A stretch of DNA of 64,000 nt, from the IMG/VR virus record IMGVR_UViG_3300037116_000299, positions 150,301 through 214,300 of that record; one strand, written 5' to 3'. The notes below the pieces were generated by a model that saw only the letters and a list, made by a program, of their open reading frames with translations, was not told the origin of the DNA and searched no databases. Positions 44,929 to 55,844 of the stretch are shown piece after piece. A program made the translations under genes and the position numbers. How positions within the stretch are numbered: position 1 is the stretch's first letter; every line of letters starts with the position of its first letter.

Positions 44929-47384
44929 TGATTGGCTTTTATCTCGACTCCCAGCTTCGCAACGCAGTGACGGTGAACACGCCCAAGCGATTCCTCTGTG
45001 CGCTTGTAGGCGGGACCCAGACGGGTTCGCTGTACCTGGGAGACCCTTACACCGCCACCGTGCGCACCGCGGCCGCCAGCGGCGCCGCCACCATCGTCAC
45101 CAATCAGACCTTTGAGTTCCCGGAAGCGGGCTCGGCGATCGTGACCCGGGGTGGTCATGACACGATGACCATCACCTATACCGGCCTGACCAGCCAGAGC
45201 CTGACCGGGGTCACCGGCTTGACCGCTCCTTTGGCCGTGGATGATGTCATCAGGCCGAACATCGCATGGCGGAGCCGCGGGAACATCGTCTTCTTCGGCG
45301 CAGGTAACGACCTGACCAACGGTTTGTTGGTCTCGTTCGGAACTCCGGTCCTCAGTTCCAATCCCAGCTGGCAGACTTCCTTTGGTGTCATGGGAGCAGC
45401 CTTCATCGTTCCGCAGGCTGCGATCAGCTCCGGAGTCGCGCACGCACTGCGGATGGACGTGCAATTGACGATCCCCGCGGGCGACCTGGCGGAGTTGACC
45501 GACTGGCAGATCCACACGAGCAACTTCTTTGCCTATCAGGCAGGGGACAGCTCGGCCATTCCTTCGACAGCCGCCGGCATTCTGCCGAGCGCGTCGGCCT
45601 ACTTGTTGCGGCAGGATCAGATGCTGAAGCAGAGCGCGCGTTTGTTGTCGGCAAACCGCAGGGTCTCTAGAACCATTCCCGGTTTCATCGTCGGCGAGTA
45701 TCGCTGGCGGGATGAAACAGAGATCAATGCCGGCACAATCGTACCGACCCGCTGGGACACCGATGTCAATGCCGTCGGCTTCGACAAGTTCATCGACGGG
45801 ATCGGGGACAATGACGATCTCAAGCCGCTGGGTCTGACCGAGATCGAGGAGTCCGTTTTCCTCAACATCGAGGATGGTACCTATTTCGACGGACCGGTGC
45901 GCTACTTCCTGCCGGGTTCTTCCATGCTGGAGTTCCTGTCCGGCTATGCGACCCAGCACACTCTGCAGCAGACCCCCGCGTGGCCGGCTCCGGTCTTCGT
46001 AGGCACATGGCAGCGCGACTCGAACGGCTTTTACTCGATCGCCACCAACTACCGCTACCAGGCGGGCAGTCAGTTCGATGCGAATGGCTTGCAGTTCCAG
46101 CTGAACCGCCGCACCCGCACCATCACCCTGAGCCAGCCTCAGGCTCAGCTGCCGGTGTTGTTGGGCGTGTTGAGCGGGTCGGGAACGGATTACTTCAGTC
46201 TGCCGATCTACCCTGTGTTCTCGATCCAGAACGTGTACGTCGACCACGGCCCGTCCATCGCCCACGGCGGCTGCACAGACTTCACCTACAACTTCGACGA
46301 AGGCACGATGGTCGTTCGCGGAGCACCCGGCGTTACGGGCGAGCCTGTCTATGCGATCTGCGACCCAGCGGTGGCTGTTCTCTACGAGACCGTAAGTCAG
46401 ACCCGCCAACTTCCTCCGGATCTCAACCCGGCGTTCTCCGGGCTTGCCGAAGGCTTTGTGTATCTGCAGCACCGGCGGCTCGCACCGATCTCCGTCGCGC
46501 TTTCCTGCGACAAGCCATTGATTGACATCCCCGCAACGTACTCCTCGGTGATCGACATGGTCGCGTACGGCCCGGTCTACTTCAACGGGGACTATGCCCT
46601 GCTGAGCGCGACCGCGTACGGTCCGCTGAACGGCGAGACCGTTCCGAACGTGAGGATGAAGGTGGTGGTTGATCCCGAGACTTGGTCCGGGTCGATCAAC
46701 TACCAGGATCCAAACACCGAAGATGTGATCGTGACGACAGGCGCCGACGGCGCAGTCAGCATGGTCTTCACGCCCTCACCGGATTGGGGCATGTACATTC
46801 CGCCCATTGCTGCCAGCGGCGGCCTGGCGGGGCTCAGGCTCACGACCATTGCCAACGACACAATCGTTCTGCCTGAGGGAATTCCCATCTCGCAGGTCTT
46901 CGACGGCACCGACTGGTTGAGCACGGTGTACTTGGATTTCAACAACAATGCCCTGTTCGGGAAAGTGGGCGCGGACACTGCCGCTGGCGAGATCGCCTGG
47001 ACGACTTCCGGAACTCCCGGCCACCCGAACTACAAGACCAACGGTCTGCGCACGTCCTGGGGTCTGAACCCGATCCAGGCCCTGGATCAGCACGGGAACA
47101 ATTACACCTCTTCGAGCTTCGATGGCGTCGTCGTGGCGTTGGTCTTTGCCCAGCCGCTGCCGACAATCTCGACCATCGGTTCCTACTTCCTGACCTTTCT
47201 GCAGCGGGTCACTCTTCAGCTGCAGGTTCTCGACAGCAATGTCGAATCCAACACGATCCTGCTGCAGATGGCCACACCTCCGGCGATTCAGGACAACCCC
47301 TGGTTGATCCTCAACAGCGCCACGAATGGCCAACTCAACGTTTACCGCCTCGGCTACCAGCCAGGCAATACTCCCATCTTCTAA
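44928..47384 (+). CDS. large virion structural protein
   Basis: ATG 44928 overlaps previous stop (ORF-track start 44787 likely too early); about 818 aa, beta-rich. Confidence 0.55.
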   Translation: MIGFYLDSQLRNAVTVNTPKRFLCALVGGTQTGSLYLGDPYTATVRTAAASGAATIVTNQTFEFPEAGSAIVTRGGHDTMTITYTGLTSQSLTGVTGLTAPLAVDDVIRPNIAWRSRGNIVFFGAGNDLTNGLLVSFGTPVLSSNPSWQTSFGVMGAAFIVPQAAISSGVAHALRMDVQLTIPAGDLAELTDWQIHTSNFFAYQAGDSSAIPSTAAGILPSASAYLLRQDQMLKQSARLLSANRRVSRTIPGFIVGEYRWRDETEINAGTIVPTRWDTDVNAVGFDKFIDGIGDNDDLKPLGLTEIEESVFLNIEDGTYFDGPVRYFLPGSSMLEFLSGYATQHTLQQTPAWPAPVFVGTWQRDSNGFYSIATNYRYQAGSQFDANGLQFQLNRRTRTITLSQPQAQLPVLLGVLSGSGTDYFSLPIYPVFSIQNVYVDHGPSIAHGGCTDFTYNFDEGTMVVRGAPGVTGEPVYAICDPAVAVLYETVSQTRQLPPDLNPAFSGLAEGFVYLQHRRLAPISVALSCDKPLIDIPATYSSVIDMVAYGPVYFNGDYALLSATAYGPLNGETVPNVRMKVVVDPETWSGSINYQDPNTEDVIVTTGADGAVSMVFTPSPDWGMYIPPIAASGGLAGLRLTTIANDTIVLPEGIPISQVFDGTDWLSTVYLDFNNNALFGKVGADTAAGEIAWTTSGTPGHPNYKTNGLRTSWGLNPIQALDQHGNNYTSSSFDGVVVALVFAQPLPTISTIGSYFLTFLQRVTLQLQVLDSNVESNTILLQMATPPAIQDNPWLILNSATNGQLNVYRLGYQPGNTPIF

Positions 47385-47393
47385 GGACTCCCC

Positions 47394-49046
47394 ATGAATC
47401 CGGCCCGGTACCGCTATATCTACTGGATTGGCGATCGTATTCTCCAAGGTCGCGAGCTGAACAAGCTCCAGGCGATTACTCACGGCGTTGACGCCAGTGA
47501 CAATCTCGTCACGTTCGACCTGGATGCAATCTACCAGGAAGGCGCGACATTCAATGTCACGCCGACGATTGTATCCAGCACCGTCAGCTTTGTGCCGACC
47601 AACTCCCTGCTGCCCATGCTGGTGTTTGTCCGCGGCCGCTGGGAAGTGCTTGCCTCCGGGGAAGCCGCGCCGGTCACCCTCACGACCGGTCAGACTCAGG
47701 TCTTTCTGAACTGGCAGTTGGTGATCCGGACCAATGCTGACGACTCTTCCCTGGTCGACGCCGGCACGGGCGAACCTACGGCGCAGATGGGCGAGCTGGT
47801 GTTGCAGCTGTCGAACGTCGACACCTCGGCGACTCCGCTCAACCCCACCACGCAGTTCGAGGTCAATACGGCTCCGGTCGTTCTGTTCACCTTCACCTCT
47901 TCGGGCGGCGTTCTGACCCTCGCCAGTACGACGAGCGTCAAGCCCCAGGCACTTGCCACCGCGAAGCAGGCCGGTCATGTGCTCCTGACCACCGGTACCT
48001 CTTCCGGGCAAGCCGTAGCCTCCGACGATCCTCGCCTGGGCGATGCGCGCACACCCTTGGCCGTCTCAGTGGTCGATGCCAGTGTCCGCGCTCCAGTGCC
48101 GGATGGAAGCGGCAACTACTCCATTGGGGCGGATCCAGGCGGGATTTCAAACGCCAAGATCGTGCATACCCCAACTCATCAGACCGGTGAGGCCGCACTG
48201 GAAGGTGTACGCGCGACAGCGAACGATGCCGATCTCCGGATCGCCTCACATATCAATCGTCCACTGGGAGGGGGAGTCCACCCCATGCCCACGGCCGCGG
48301 ACGTAGGAGCTGCTCCTGCCAGCCACGTTGGCCAGGCGCTGGGGCTCTCGACATCCCATCCTCCCCAGGTCAATGCGGACTCTGGCGGTTTCTCCGTCAA
48401 CCAGAGCGCGGGCACCTTCGTCGCCAGCGCCAATGACCCTGCCTATGCGGTGAATGAGAACGGCGTCTACAAGGCCGGTCTCGAACACGGTGGCGACGTT
48501 TTCAGCGCCCTGTTGGCCAGCCTGGTCGCTGCGCCTGGTGGAACTCCCCTCACCTTCACCGGCCCTCTCCACGGGATGATGAGCATGGCTCAGGTCCTGA
48601 TCGATCACGTCAACCAGAAGGATGGCACGACAAATCCTCACGGCACCACGAGCCTTTCGCTTTCAAGTGTGACGGTCGCAGGCGGTTCAGGCAGCTCGAT
48701 GAAGTGGCTCATCCTTCGGTTTGCGCCGAACGGGACCAATGCAATTGAGGTTGCGGTCGGAGCGGGCACAACCCGCAGCGGGCAGTTCGTTCCGCTGCCC
48801 AATGTCAACTTCGGTTACACCAACTTCCTCGGATCCCCGTCGATCGGGTTGGGCATGGGCCACGGCACCACCTACAACAACATTCATGTTGCGATGAACA
48901 TTGGGCCAGATGGCGTCACCGTTGTACCGGGTCAGGTGTACTGCGGGGCCTGGAACAACGTCGGCGCAGGAATCCCAGGCGAAGTCGACACCGGCAATCC
49001 GATGATTGCGAACATCTTCGCGCTTACATGGAGGGTCGGCGCCTAA
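47394..49046 (+). CDS. tail fibre / baseplate-attached fibre protein
   Basis: N-terminal RILQGRELNKLQ (DUF4815-like), DDPRLGDARTP and PTAADVGAAPASH fibre-type motifs. Confidence 0.6.
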   Translation: MNPARYRYIYWIGDRILQGRELNKLQAITHGVDASDNLVTFDLDAIYQEGATFNVTPTIVSSTVSFVPTNSLLPMLVFVRGRWEVLASGEAAPVTLTTGQTQVFLNWQLVIRTNADDSSLVDAGTGEPTAQMGELVLQLSNVDTSATPLNPTTQFEVNTAPVVLFTFTSSGGVLTLASTTSVKPQALATAKQAGHVLLTTGTSSGQAVASDDPRLGDARTPLAVSVVDASVRAPVPDGSGNYSIGADPGGISNAKIVHTPTHQTGEAALEGVRATANDADLRIASHINRPLGGGVHPMPTAADVGAAPASHVGQALGLSTSHPPQVNADSGGFSVNQSAGTFVASANDPAYAVNENGVYKAGLEHGGDVFSALLASLVAAPGGTPLTFTGPLHGMMSMAQVLIDHVNQKDGTTNPHGTTSLSLSSVTVAGGSGSSMKWLILRFAPNGTNAIEVAVGAGTTRSGQFVPLPNVNFGYTNFLGSPSIGLGMGHGTTYNNIHVAMNIGPDGVTVVPGQVYCGAWNNVGAGIPGEVDTGNPMIANIFALTWRVGA

Positions 49047-49063
49047 GGCGCTGAGGAATAATC

Positions 49064-50629
49064 ATGGCCCCCAGAGGAATTCAAGAGTTCTATTACGCAC
49101 GCCAGATCCCGTCGCGGGCGGTGGCGATCGCACAGGTCGCTGCCAGCCAGGCCACGCCGAATGACCTGGTGGATGTGGTCAATACGCCCCATCTGCAAGG
49201 TTCGCTCGGCATCTGGAAGGCATCCGGAACTCTGGCAACCGATCCGGATTTTACCGCGCCGGATGTGAACCAGTCCGTGCTGATCTCAGGGGACATCAAT
49301 TACCTGGTCCAGAACCAGTTCTTCCAGATCACCAACCGTTTCGCCGTCGACGGCACACCCCTCTACTGTGCCCACTCTTTCGGCCAGAATGTGGCCGGCG
49401 CGACCATCCTGGACGCGCAGAACAATGTGGTCACGGCACCGGTGCTGGTCCTGGGCAGTCAGATGTTCCATGACATGCCTGCAAGCGATCCGTCCGGCGG
49501 CGCCTACCAGGTCCGTTACGTCGACGCAGCCAACACGGTGCAGGTAGTCCTTTTGCAGTATGCCCCGGTGCTGTTGACGAACCTCTATTCGACCTCGCCG
49601 ACGACTTACCTGTTCACCAGTCAGTTGCTGCAGGTAGCCAACCGGCTGGCGTACGCCGTGCGCTTCACTGCGCAGAACGGGTTCCAGGCACTGGTGCCCT
49701 ATATCGCCCCCTCGTACCTGCCCTGGTATCCCCGCGTGCGCTTCGCGCTCACCGCGCCCGCGCCGGAGTATATGACTCAGATCTTCACGCCGATGCGGCC
49801 GTACCAGATGGGATCCTGGGTGCCCGGCAAGATCCTCAGCTCCCACCTGGTTGAGTTTGATCGCAAGCACATCTACACCGATGCGCGAAAGCCGTATCCC
49901 GACATTGTCGTCTTCGATTCCACGAACGCCATCAAGTATGCGCTCGATGGTTCGGCGCCGGACACTCCGCAGGGAGTTGCCCAGCCGACCTACCGAGGCA
50001 CTCTCTATCCCTGGAAGCGGCAGCAGATCCAGGACTTCGATTCGGTCAATGCGAGGGTCAAGGTACTACCGGCACTCGATCCGACCGACATCGTGTATGC
50101 GTTCTATTCCTACGAGGAGCCGGACGTTCTCTACACTGCGCTCGACGTCAATCCAGTCACCAACCCGGCCGTGAAGAACTGCAGCATCAAGTTCTACTAC
50201 CGCACCGACAGCGATCCGTTCCGGGTGATTTATCACCAGATCTTCGACAGCGCCGGCAATGCGGTCGCCGGGCAGACTAATGACCCTGCACCGCCCAACT
50301 GGGTGACAACTTCGCCCCTGGTCTTTGGCCAGATGGTGGCAGGTGCCGCGTTTGGCACATCTTCTTTCACGGTCACCGACGCGCGCGTCCGCGGCGGAGG
50401 ACTGGCGCCGCGGTACCAAAGCATTCCGGAGGCGGACAACTTCTGGGACCTCGGCTACCTCGACGGTCGACCCTATCCAATCGGCGCAGCTTTGGTAGTG
50501 TACCTGCCCACGAGCATCCTGGATTCAATGACCCGCAGCGTCGTCGCAGCCAAAGTGAACTCCGTGCTTCCCATGGGCACTATCGCCGTCGTCCGTTACT
50601 ACGCTCCGGATGGGACTGAATCAATCTAA
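49064..50629 (+). CDS. virion structural protein
   Basis: 521 aa, GAGGA SD; C-terminal RVRGGGL...FWDLGYLDG.PYP motif. Confidence 0.55.
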   Translation: MAPRGIQEFYYARQIPSRAVAIAQVAASQATPNDLVDVVNTPHLQGSLGIWKASGTLATDPDFTAPDVNQSVLISGDINYLVQNQFFQITNRFAVDGTPLYCAHSFGQNVAGATILDAQNNVVTAPVLVLGSQMFHDMPASDPSGGAYQVRYVDAANTVQVVLLQYAPVLLTNLYSTSPTTYLFTSQLLQVANRLAYAVRFTAQNGFQALVPYIAPSYLPWYPRVRFALTAPAPEYMTQIFTPMRPYQMGSWVPGKILSSHLVEFDRKHIYTDARKPYPDIVVFDSTNAIKYALDGSAPDTPQGVAQPTYRGTLYPWKRQQIQDFDSVNARVKVLPALDPTDIVYAFYSYEEPDVLYTALDVNPVTNPAVKNCSIKFYYRTDSDPFRVIYHQIFDSAGNAVAGQTNDPAPPNWVTTSPLVFGQMVAGAAFGTSSFTVTDARVRGGGLAPRYQSIPEADNFWDLGYLDGRPYPIGAALVVYLPTSILDSMTRSVVAAKVNSVLPMGTIAVVRYYAPDGTESI

Positions 50630-51156
50630 TGACGAATCCTTTCTATCTCATCTGGCGGCAGAACGGCACCCTGATCCAGGGATATGACGGCACGGCGTGG
50701 GTCAGCACAGGCCTGACCTTCCCCATCATCTTCCCCGGCACTACGACCGACGGCCAGGCAATCAGCCTGCAAACCTCCGCCGCCATCAACGGGACCTTCG
50801 AAACCCTGATCAGTGTGGGCTTCTACCTCGTGGGCTCCGATGTTCCGGCCGTACAGAACGAGTGGCCTTATCTCGGGGACGTCTACACCCCGACCCGGCC
50901 AGAGATGAGCGGTGGGTTCGAGATCAGCTGCGATGGAGGCAGTACCTGGACCCGGTTTTCGAAGACGGTAGGGGTCGAGTCCAATCGCTCGACCTGGATC
51001 CCGCTGTCGGAGTTGGCCATCGGTTCCACCGGCATTGCCGGGCAGCTGGGTGCTTTTGACGCAGCCAACCTGCTGGTCCGCTACGTGGTTCCACCCCAGG
51101 TCACCCTGACCAAGGTTCTCGACATTCAACTCGCGGCCGGTTTTGAGGTCGCCTAA
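50629..51156 (+). CDS. hypothetical virion protein
   Basis: 175 aa, coupled (TAATG). Confidence 0.55.
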   Translation: MTNPFYLIWRQNGTLIQGYDGTAWVSTGLTFPIIFPGTTTDGQAISLQTSAAINGTFETLISVGFYLVGSDVPAVQNEWPYLGDVYTPTRPEMSGGFEISCDGGSTWTRFSKTVGVESNRSTWIPLSELAIGSTGIAGQLGAFDAANLLVRYVVPPQVTLTKVLDIQLAAGFEVA

Positions 51157-51164
51157 GAGTTTCC

Positions 51165-53123
51165 ATGCAAATCCTCGGTAATTACGCATCGCAGTTGAGC
51201 ACGTTCGGCTACCAGCAACTGGTGGCCCTGCTGCAACAGGCCATCCAGTTGGGCGAGTATTCCGGAGGCCAGGCCTTCGACCAGACCGCTCTGGATTCTC
51301 TCCAGCAACAGGCGCAGAGCTTTGCCAACCAACCCCAGCCGGAGGCCGGCCAGCGCACCACGGATGACACCTTCAACAACCCTTTGAGTCTGCTCGCCGC
51401 GCGCTTTGCTGCGCTCCTCAGCGAATCAACTGCATTCGCGTCCGAATTGAGTGCGTTGCTGGCGGTCCTGGAGAAGGACACCAAGCTGATCGACCAGTTG
51501 ATCTTTGCTGCGGCGCTCGAGGCCTGGGCAGCGAGCAAGCCAGCCTTGGGCGGCACGGCTATCAAGTGGGACTTCGGCACTGGCTACGGGCCGGTGGCGG
51601 GTCTGGAGACCCCTTCTCTCTGGACAGATCCAGTGAACGGTGTGGTGTATAACAGCCGCCCAGCGTCGATCAGCCTGCTGACGGATCAACTCCACACTGG
51701 GCTGGCGTGCGCTTCGACGGTCAAACCTGTCGCTACCAAGAACATGGTGTGGCAGTACACCGCCGGACAGGCGCAGATCGAAGAGTTGTATGCCAACACC
51801 TGGACCAAGTTGACGCTGCTCGATCCGTCCGTACTGATCAACTACGTGCCGTCGCCCGTTGTGGTTCCTGCAACCAATCCCTTTGTCATCACCGGACTCT
51901 CGAATCTGGGCAACCTGCCTGTCTACGTCCAGACATCCTTCACCGGCCGCCGCCGGCACATTCAGGCAATGGTCACCAATGGCACGAGCTTCTCGCTGTC
52001 GAGGTACACCCTCGAAACGGATGCGGTTGCGGTCTTTGCAGGCATCAAGGCCTACAACAATGTCACCGACTACACGGTCGATGAGAACGGCACCTTCACC
52101 CCGATCCATCTCGATGAGACCCCACTGATCGACATCTACTACGTCGAGAACTTTCCTTCGTATCAATGCTCGATCAATCAGAAGGATTGGTCGCCCCTGC
52201 AGATGCTGGATCCGGACCGGCCGTACGCGGACACCGAAACTCGGTTCCTGCCGATCGCGTTCGGCAACGATGGAGTCGGCGGCAAACTGCTGCCGATTAC
52301 GGATGAGCTGGGTGTAGGAACGGGCATGTACATCAGCCTGACGACTCCGCCCACACAGCAGTACCTGCTGCAGGTGTCGTGCCAGGCTTCCCCAGCCACC
52401 GTGGGCGCCACCGCCGTGCTCGAGGTGGACCTGGCTGCCTTCGGTTTCCTGAATGCCATCCGGCTGTCCCCTTTCACGACTTTCCCGCTGATTTTGAAAC
52501 GAGTAGAGACTCAGAGCCTGACGAGCAATACTAGAGAGACAGTGTGGGAAGGTTCGGTCACCGTGGACCGCGCGACGACGGTCCGCTTCCCGACCGCTGC
52601 CGTTTCCAGCCTCTTCCTGACCTTCTACCAGCCGAACTACTCGCTGAAGCAGCAGTCAGTGACTCCGCCGGATGCTCTGCGGCGCGATGTCATGAACCAG
52701 TTGCAGGCCATTCTTCCTTTCGACGCCCGCCGGATCCCTCCAACCCCGACGGTGGTCTACACCGGAGCGCAGTATGAGTTTGGCCTGGAGAACATCGAAG
52801 GCGAACTCTGGACGTCCCAACCCAGCGTATTCGCGGCCGGCCCGAACCGTCTGGCTGGGCGTCCGGATGTGGTTCGGTTCGATGTCGACTTCATTGGCAC
52901 GATCGACTTCTATCTGGCCTACCAGGCCTATAACGCTTCCGGGGACCTGGTCGATCAGAACCTCTCTGGCATTCCCGTGACCGACGCGCAGTGCTTCGTC
53001 TTCCCCTTTTCATCCGGCATCGACCGGACCCAGATCGACCACGTGGACTTCTACGTACGCGTGGTTCATCGGGATCCCACCTCCCTGGTAGAACGCTTCA
53101 TGCTGCAGGCCCTCAATGTTTAG
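51165..53123 (+). CDS. virion structural protein
   Basis: 652 aa; helical N-terminus then beta-rich domains. Confidence 0.55.
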   Translation: MQILGNYASQLSTFGYQQLVALLQQAIQLGEYSGGQAFDQTALDSLQQQAQSFANQPQPEAGQRTTDDTFNNPLSLLAARFAALLSESTAFASELSALLAVLEKDTKLIDQLIFAAALEAWAASKPALGGTAIKWDFGTGYGPVAGLETPSLWTDPVNGVVYNSRPASISLLTDQLHTGLACASTVKPVATKNMVWQYTAGQAQIEELYANTWTKLTLLDPSVLINYVPSPVVVPATNPFVITGLSNLGNLPVYVQTSFTGRRRHIQAMVTNGTSFSLSRYTLETDAVAVFAGIKAYNNVTDYTVDENGTFTPIHLDETPLIDIYYVENFPSYQCSINQKDWSPLQMLDPDRPYADTETRFLPIAFGNDGVGGKLLPITDELGVGTGMYISLTTPPTQQYLLQVSCQASPATVGATAVLEVDLAAFGFLNAIRLSPFTTFPLILKRVETQSLTSNTRETVWEGSVTVDRATTVRFPTAAVSSLFLTFYQPNYSLKQQSVTPPDALRRDVMNQLQAILPFDARRIPPTPTVVYTGAQYEFGLENIEGELWTSQPSVFAAGPNRLAGRPDVVRFDVDFIGTIDFYLAYQAYNASGDLVDQNLSGIPVTDAQCFVFPFSSGIDRTQIDHVDFYVRVVHRDPTSLVERFMLQALNV

Positions 53124-54594
53124 TTCCCTTCTGCTCAGTTCCGATGACAGCGTCATTGCCGACCGGATGACCCGGCTGCAGGACAGCCTCCGTGCATTGA
53201 GTCTCTCGACGCGCGAGGAGTATCAGGCCGCCGTCTACTCCCTGGTCAACCGGGTGCTGAACCTCGGAGACAACATGCAGTCCCTGGTGCAGGTAGCGCC
53301 GCGGCCTGCAATCGTCGGGGATCTCACGCAGAACCTGACTTTGCTGAACCAGGACGCTGGCGACATTGCAGCGGAGATGCTGCGGGTGGAAGATAACGCG
53401 GCCGCGCTCTACAATCTGGCGGCGACTTCGCAGAACTCCCTGCGCCAGCTTATCCGGACCGCGATCTATGCCTCGAATCCGAAGTTGTTCGTCGAAGCCT
53501 TCATCGATGACAGCGCCCTGGCTGCGAGCTACACCACCACCCTGGACTACAACGCCGGGTTGGCTACGCTTCCGCTGGGAGTTGAGACTCAGGTAACCCC
53601 CACCATCGCGATTGGCCTGGGCAGTGTGGGCACAGCGGGAACTCCGGTAAGTAACCTCTCTGCCGGCACCGTGGGGTCCTCCCTGCAGTGGAACGGCACG
53701 GTTCTGGAACTGGTGCTGAGTTTCTCCGGGCCCACCATCATCAATCGCCTGGCGCTTGCACTCGACGAGTACGAGGGTCTGGAGATCACCGAACTGACCA
53801 GTTCGCCAGACGGTCTCTCGACGGACGATGTGCTCAAGGACCTCGGGGTTTCCTCCATCATCATGGATGCCACCTCGGGCAAGTATTCCGGAGACGTGAT
53901 CCTCGACTTCCCGCCGCGCTACGTGACGCAGATGAAGATCGTCATCGAAAGCCGCGCAGGTCAAGCGACCTTCGGTATTCGTTCGTTGTCTCTGTTCAAC
54001 CGGACCTACCAGATCTCAGGCACCTTCACCACGCAGCCTATCACTCTGTCGACGGGCAATGCCCTGTTCTCCATCGATGCCAATACCTTCGATCCCTACA
54101 CCTCCATCGCACACCAGATCTCAACCGATGGGGTCAACTTCAATGCGATCGAACCTGGACAGGTTTCGATCTCGACTCCCTTCTGGTACAAGGCGCTGTT
54201 GACGCGCAATGAGAAAGCGTTCACGCAACAGCAGTCCGCATTGCTGCTGCAGACATCGAATGGCGCAGTCAATGCGTTCTACACGGTCAAGAGCCAGACC
54301 ACAAACACGTTGAACAGCGGACTCATCGAACAGACCGTGACACTCTCCGGGATCACCGGTCCGGTTCCCTTCCGATCCACTCCATTGCCCAAGACCTTTC
54401 GCGTCCAGGTAGGTTCCACCTACCTCAACCCGGGGACGGACTACACCCTGGCCAACAACGTGTTGTCCTTTGCGGCACCGCAGGCATTGGCCACCATCAC
54501 CTTCCAGACCTCTTCGCTCGGGGCGGCCGCCCTGGCCTCGCTGAAGAATTACTACACACCGTTGCTGTACGGAGTGAGGTTCCAAGCCATCTAA
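53116..54594 (+). CDS. virion structural protein
   Basis: 492 aa; coiled N-terminus plus beta-rich domains; overlaps upstream gene. Confidence 0.55.
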   Translation: MFSSLLLSSDDSVIADRMTRLQDSLRALSLSTREEYQAAVYSLVNRVLNLGDNMQSLVQVAPRPAIVGDLTQNLTLLNQDAGDIAAEMLRVEDNAAALYNLAATSQNSLRQLIRTAIYASNPKLFVEAFIDDSALAASYTTTLDYNAGLATLPLGVETQVTPTIAIGLGSVGTAGTPVSNLSAGTVGSSLQWNGTVLELVLSFSGPTIINRLALALDEYEGLEITELTSSPDGLSTDDVLKDLGVSSIIMDATSGKYSGDVILDFPPRYVTQMKIVIESRAGQATFGIRSLSLFNRTYQISGTFTTQPITLSTGNALFSIDANTFDPYTSIAHQISTDGVNFNAIEPGQVSISTPFWYKALLTRNEKAFTQQQSALLLQTSNGAVNAFYTVKSQTTNTLNSGLIEQTVTLSGITGPVPFRSTPLPKTFRVQVGSTYLNPGTDYTLANNVLSFAAPQALATITFQTSSLGAAALASLKNYYTPLLYGVRFQAI

Positions 54595-55844
54595 TGAGCA
54601 CCTCCAATGTTACCTTTCAACTCGGTGAAGCTGCCTCGGCTTCCAAACTGATGGGCGCATTCAATGTGCTCCGGAATCAGGGCCAGCAGCTGCTGACCAC
54701 TCTCGGCACCTACCGAACTGACAGTCTGGTCTCCTTCGAACAGCGCGTGGAGGCTCTCAACAGCCGCCGCGAGCGCGCCAACCGAGTGAAATCCTCGTAC
54801 GTGGCTGTGCGTTTCGTTGCCACAGACCTGCTGGATATGGACCAGACCCAGACATCGGCCACCGTTCGCGCCGATACCCAGGCGGTCACCTTGCAGGAGC
54901 GGCAAACCGCGACTAATGCAATCGTGCAACAGCAGACGTTCTCGACGTCCGATGGCACGGCGGAGTCGATCTCGGTCGATAACTCGATGTACATGGTCTC
55001 GACCAGCGACGGGCTGATCCCCACCGGAACCTTCACATTGAAGTTGCTCCAGGCATTGAACCTTACCGTTCTGACCTTCGACCTGTCTGCAGTACCGGCA
55101 AAGTCGACGGTCGTGGTCTCTGCGTCACCGGATGGCATCAACTACACGGCCGCGGTCCAGACCAGCATGAACGGCTACAGACTCACCGCCTGGTTTTCGC
55201 CGATGAACATGCGGTACATCACGCTGGCTGTCACACCCTCCGCGCCCGATGTGCTGGGAGGCTCTTCATACACCTTTGGGCTCACCGACTTTGTTGGAGC
55301 TGAGACGGAGTTCCAGCTGCTCTCCGACCTGGTGACTCTGCCGATCGCCTTCCGCCCGGTCGGCACTCGACTTCAACTGGTGGCCCAGCACGATCCCAAC
55401 CTGACGTTCTTCCTGAACTTCAACAATGTGGGATGGTTGGAATACGCAGCCGGGGCCACCATCACGATTCCCGGGACGATCGAGACCAAGACACCTGCGG
55501 TGGCCCTCCACACCGGCGGAGCGCTGGAGATCGTCCTCCCGGTCGACGCCTATCCGAATTCCGTCCAGGTCTTCGACGAGACAACCAGCAAGAACCTGAC
55601 CGTCGTCCCCAACCTCTCGGCAACGGATCCCAATCTTGCACATCTGGTTCACGACTACATCGCACTCAACGGAACCACCCTCACGTATATCGGGCCCGAC
55701 CTGGCGGCCGCCGCAGGGCACACCTTCACGGTGACCTTTGTCGAAGGCCCAGCTTTGGTAGAGGTCCAACTCAAGGTTCAACTGATCACACCAGACCGCA
55801 CGGTGACTCCCACATTCACCGGTGCTTCGCTTCAGGAGTTGTAA
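54594..55844 (+). CDS. virion structural protein
   Basis: 416 aa; similar coiled plus beta architecture; coupled (TAATG). Confidence 0.55.
   Translation: MSTSNVTFQLGEAASASKLMGAFNVLRNQGQQLLTTLGTYRTDSLVSFEQRVEALNSRRERANRVKSSYVAVRFVATDLLDMDQTQTSATVRADTQAVTLQERQTATNAIVQQQTFSTSDGTAESISVDNSMYMVSTSDGLIPTGTFTLKLLQALNLTVLTFDLSAVPAKSTVVVSASPDGINYTAAVQTSMNGYRLTAWFSPMNMRYITLAVTPSAPDVLGGSSYTFGLTDFVGAETEFQLLSDLVTLPIAFRPVGTRLQLVAQHDPNLTFFLNFNNVGWLEYAAGATITIPGTIETKTPAVALHTGGALEIVLPVDAYPNSVQVFDETTSKNLTVVPNLSATDPNLAHLVHDYIALNGTTLTYIGPDLAAAAGHTFTVTFVEGPALVEVQLKVQLITPDRTVTPTFTGASLQEL

Noticed and set aside
16731-47384. Contractile injection system, tailocin or gene transfer agent rather than a phage
   Set aside because: Capsid, neck, lysis-like, excisionase and integrase genes are linked to the tail genes, which fits a complete temperate phage.
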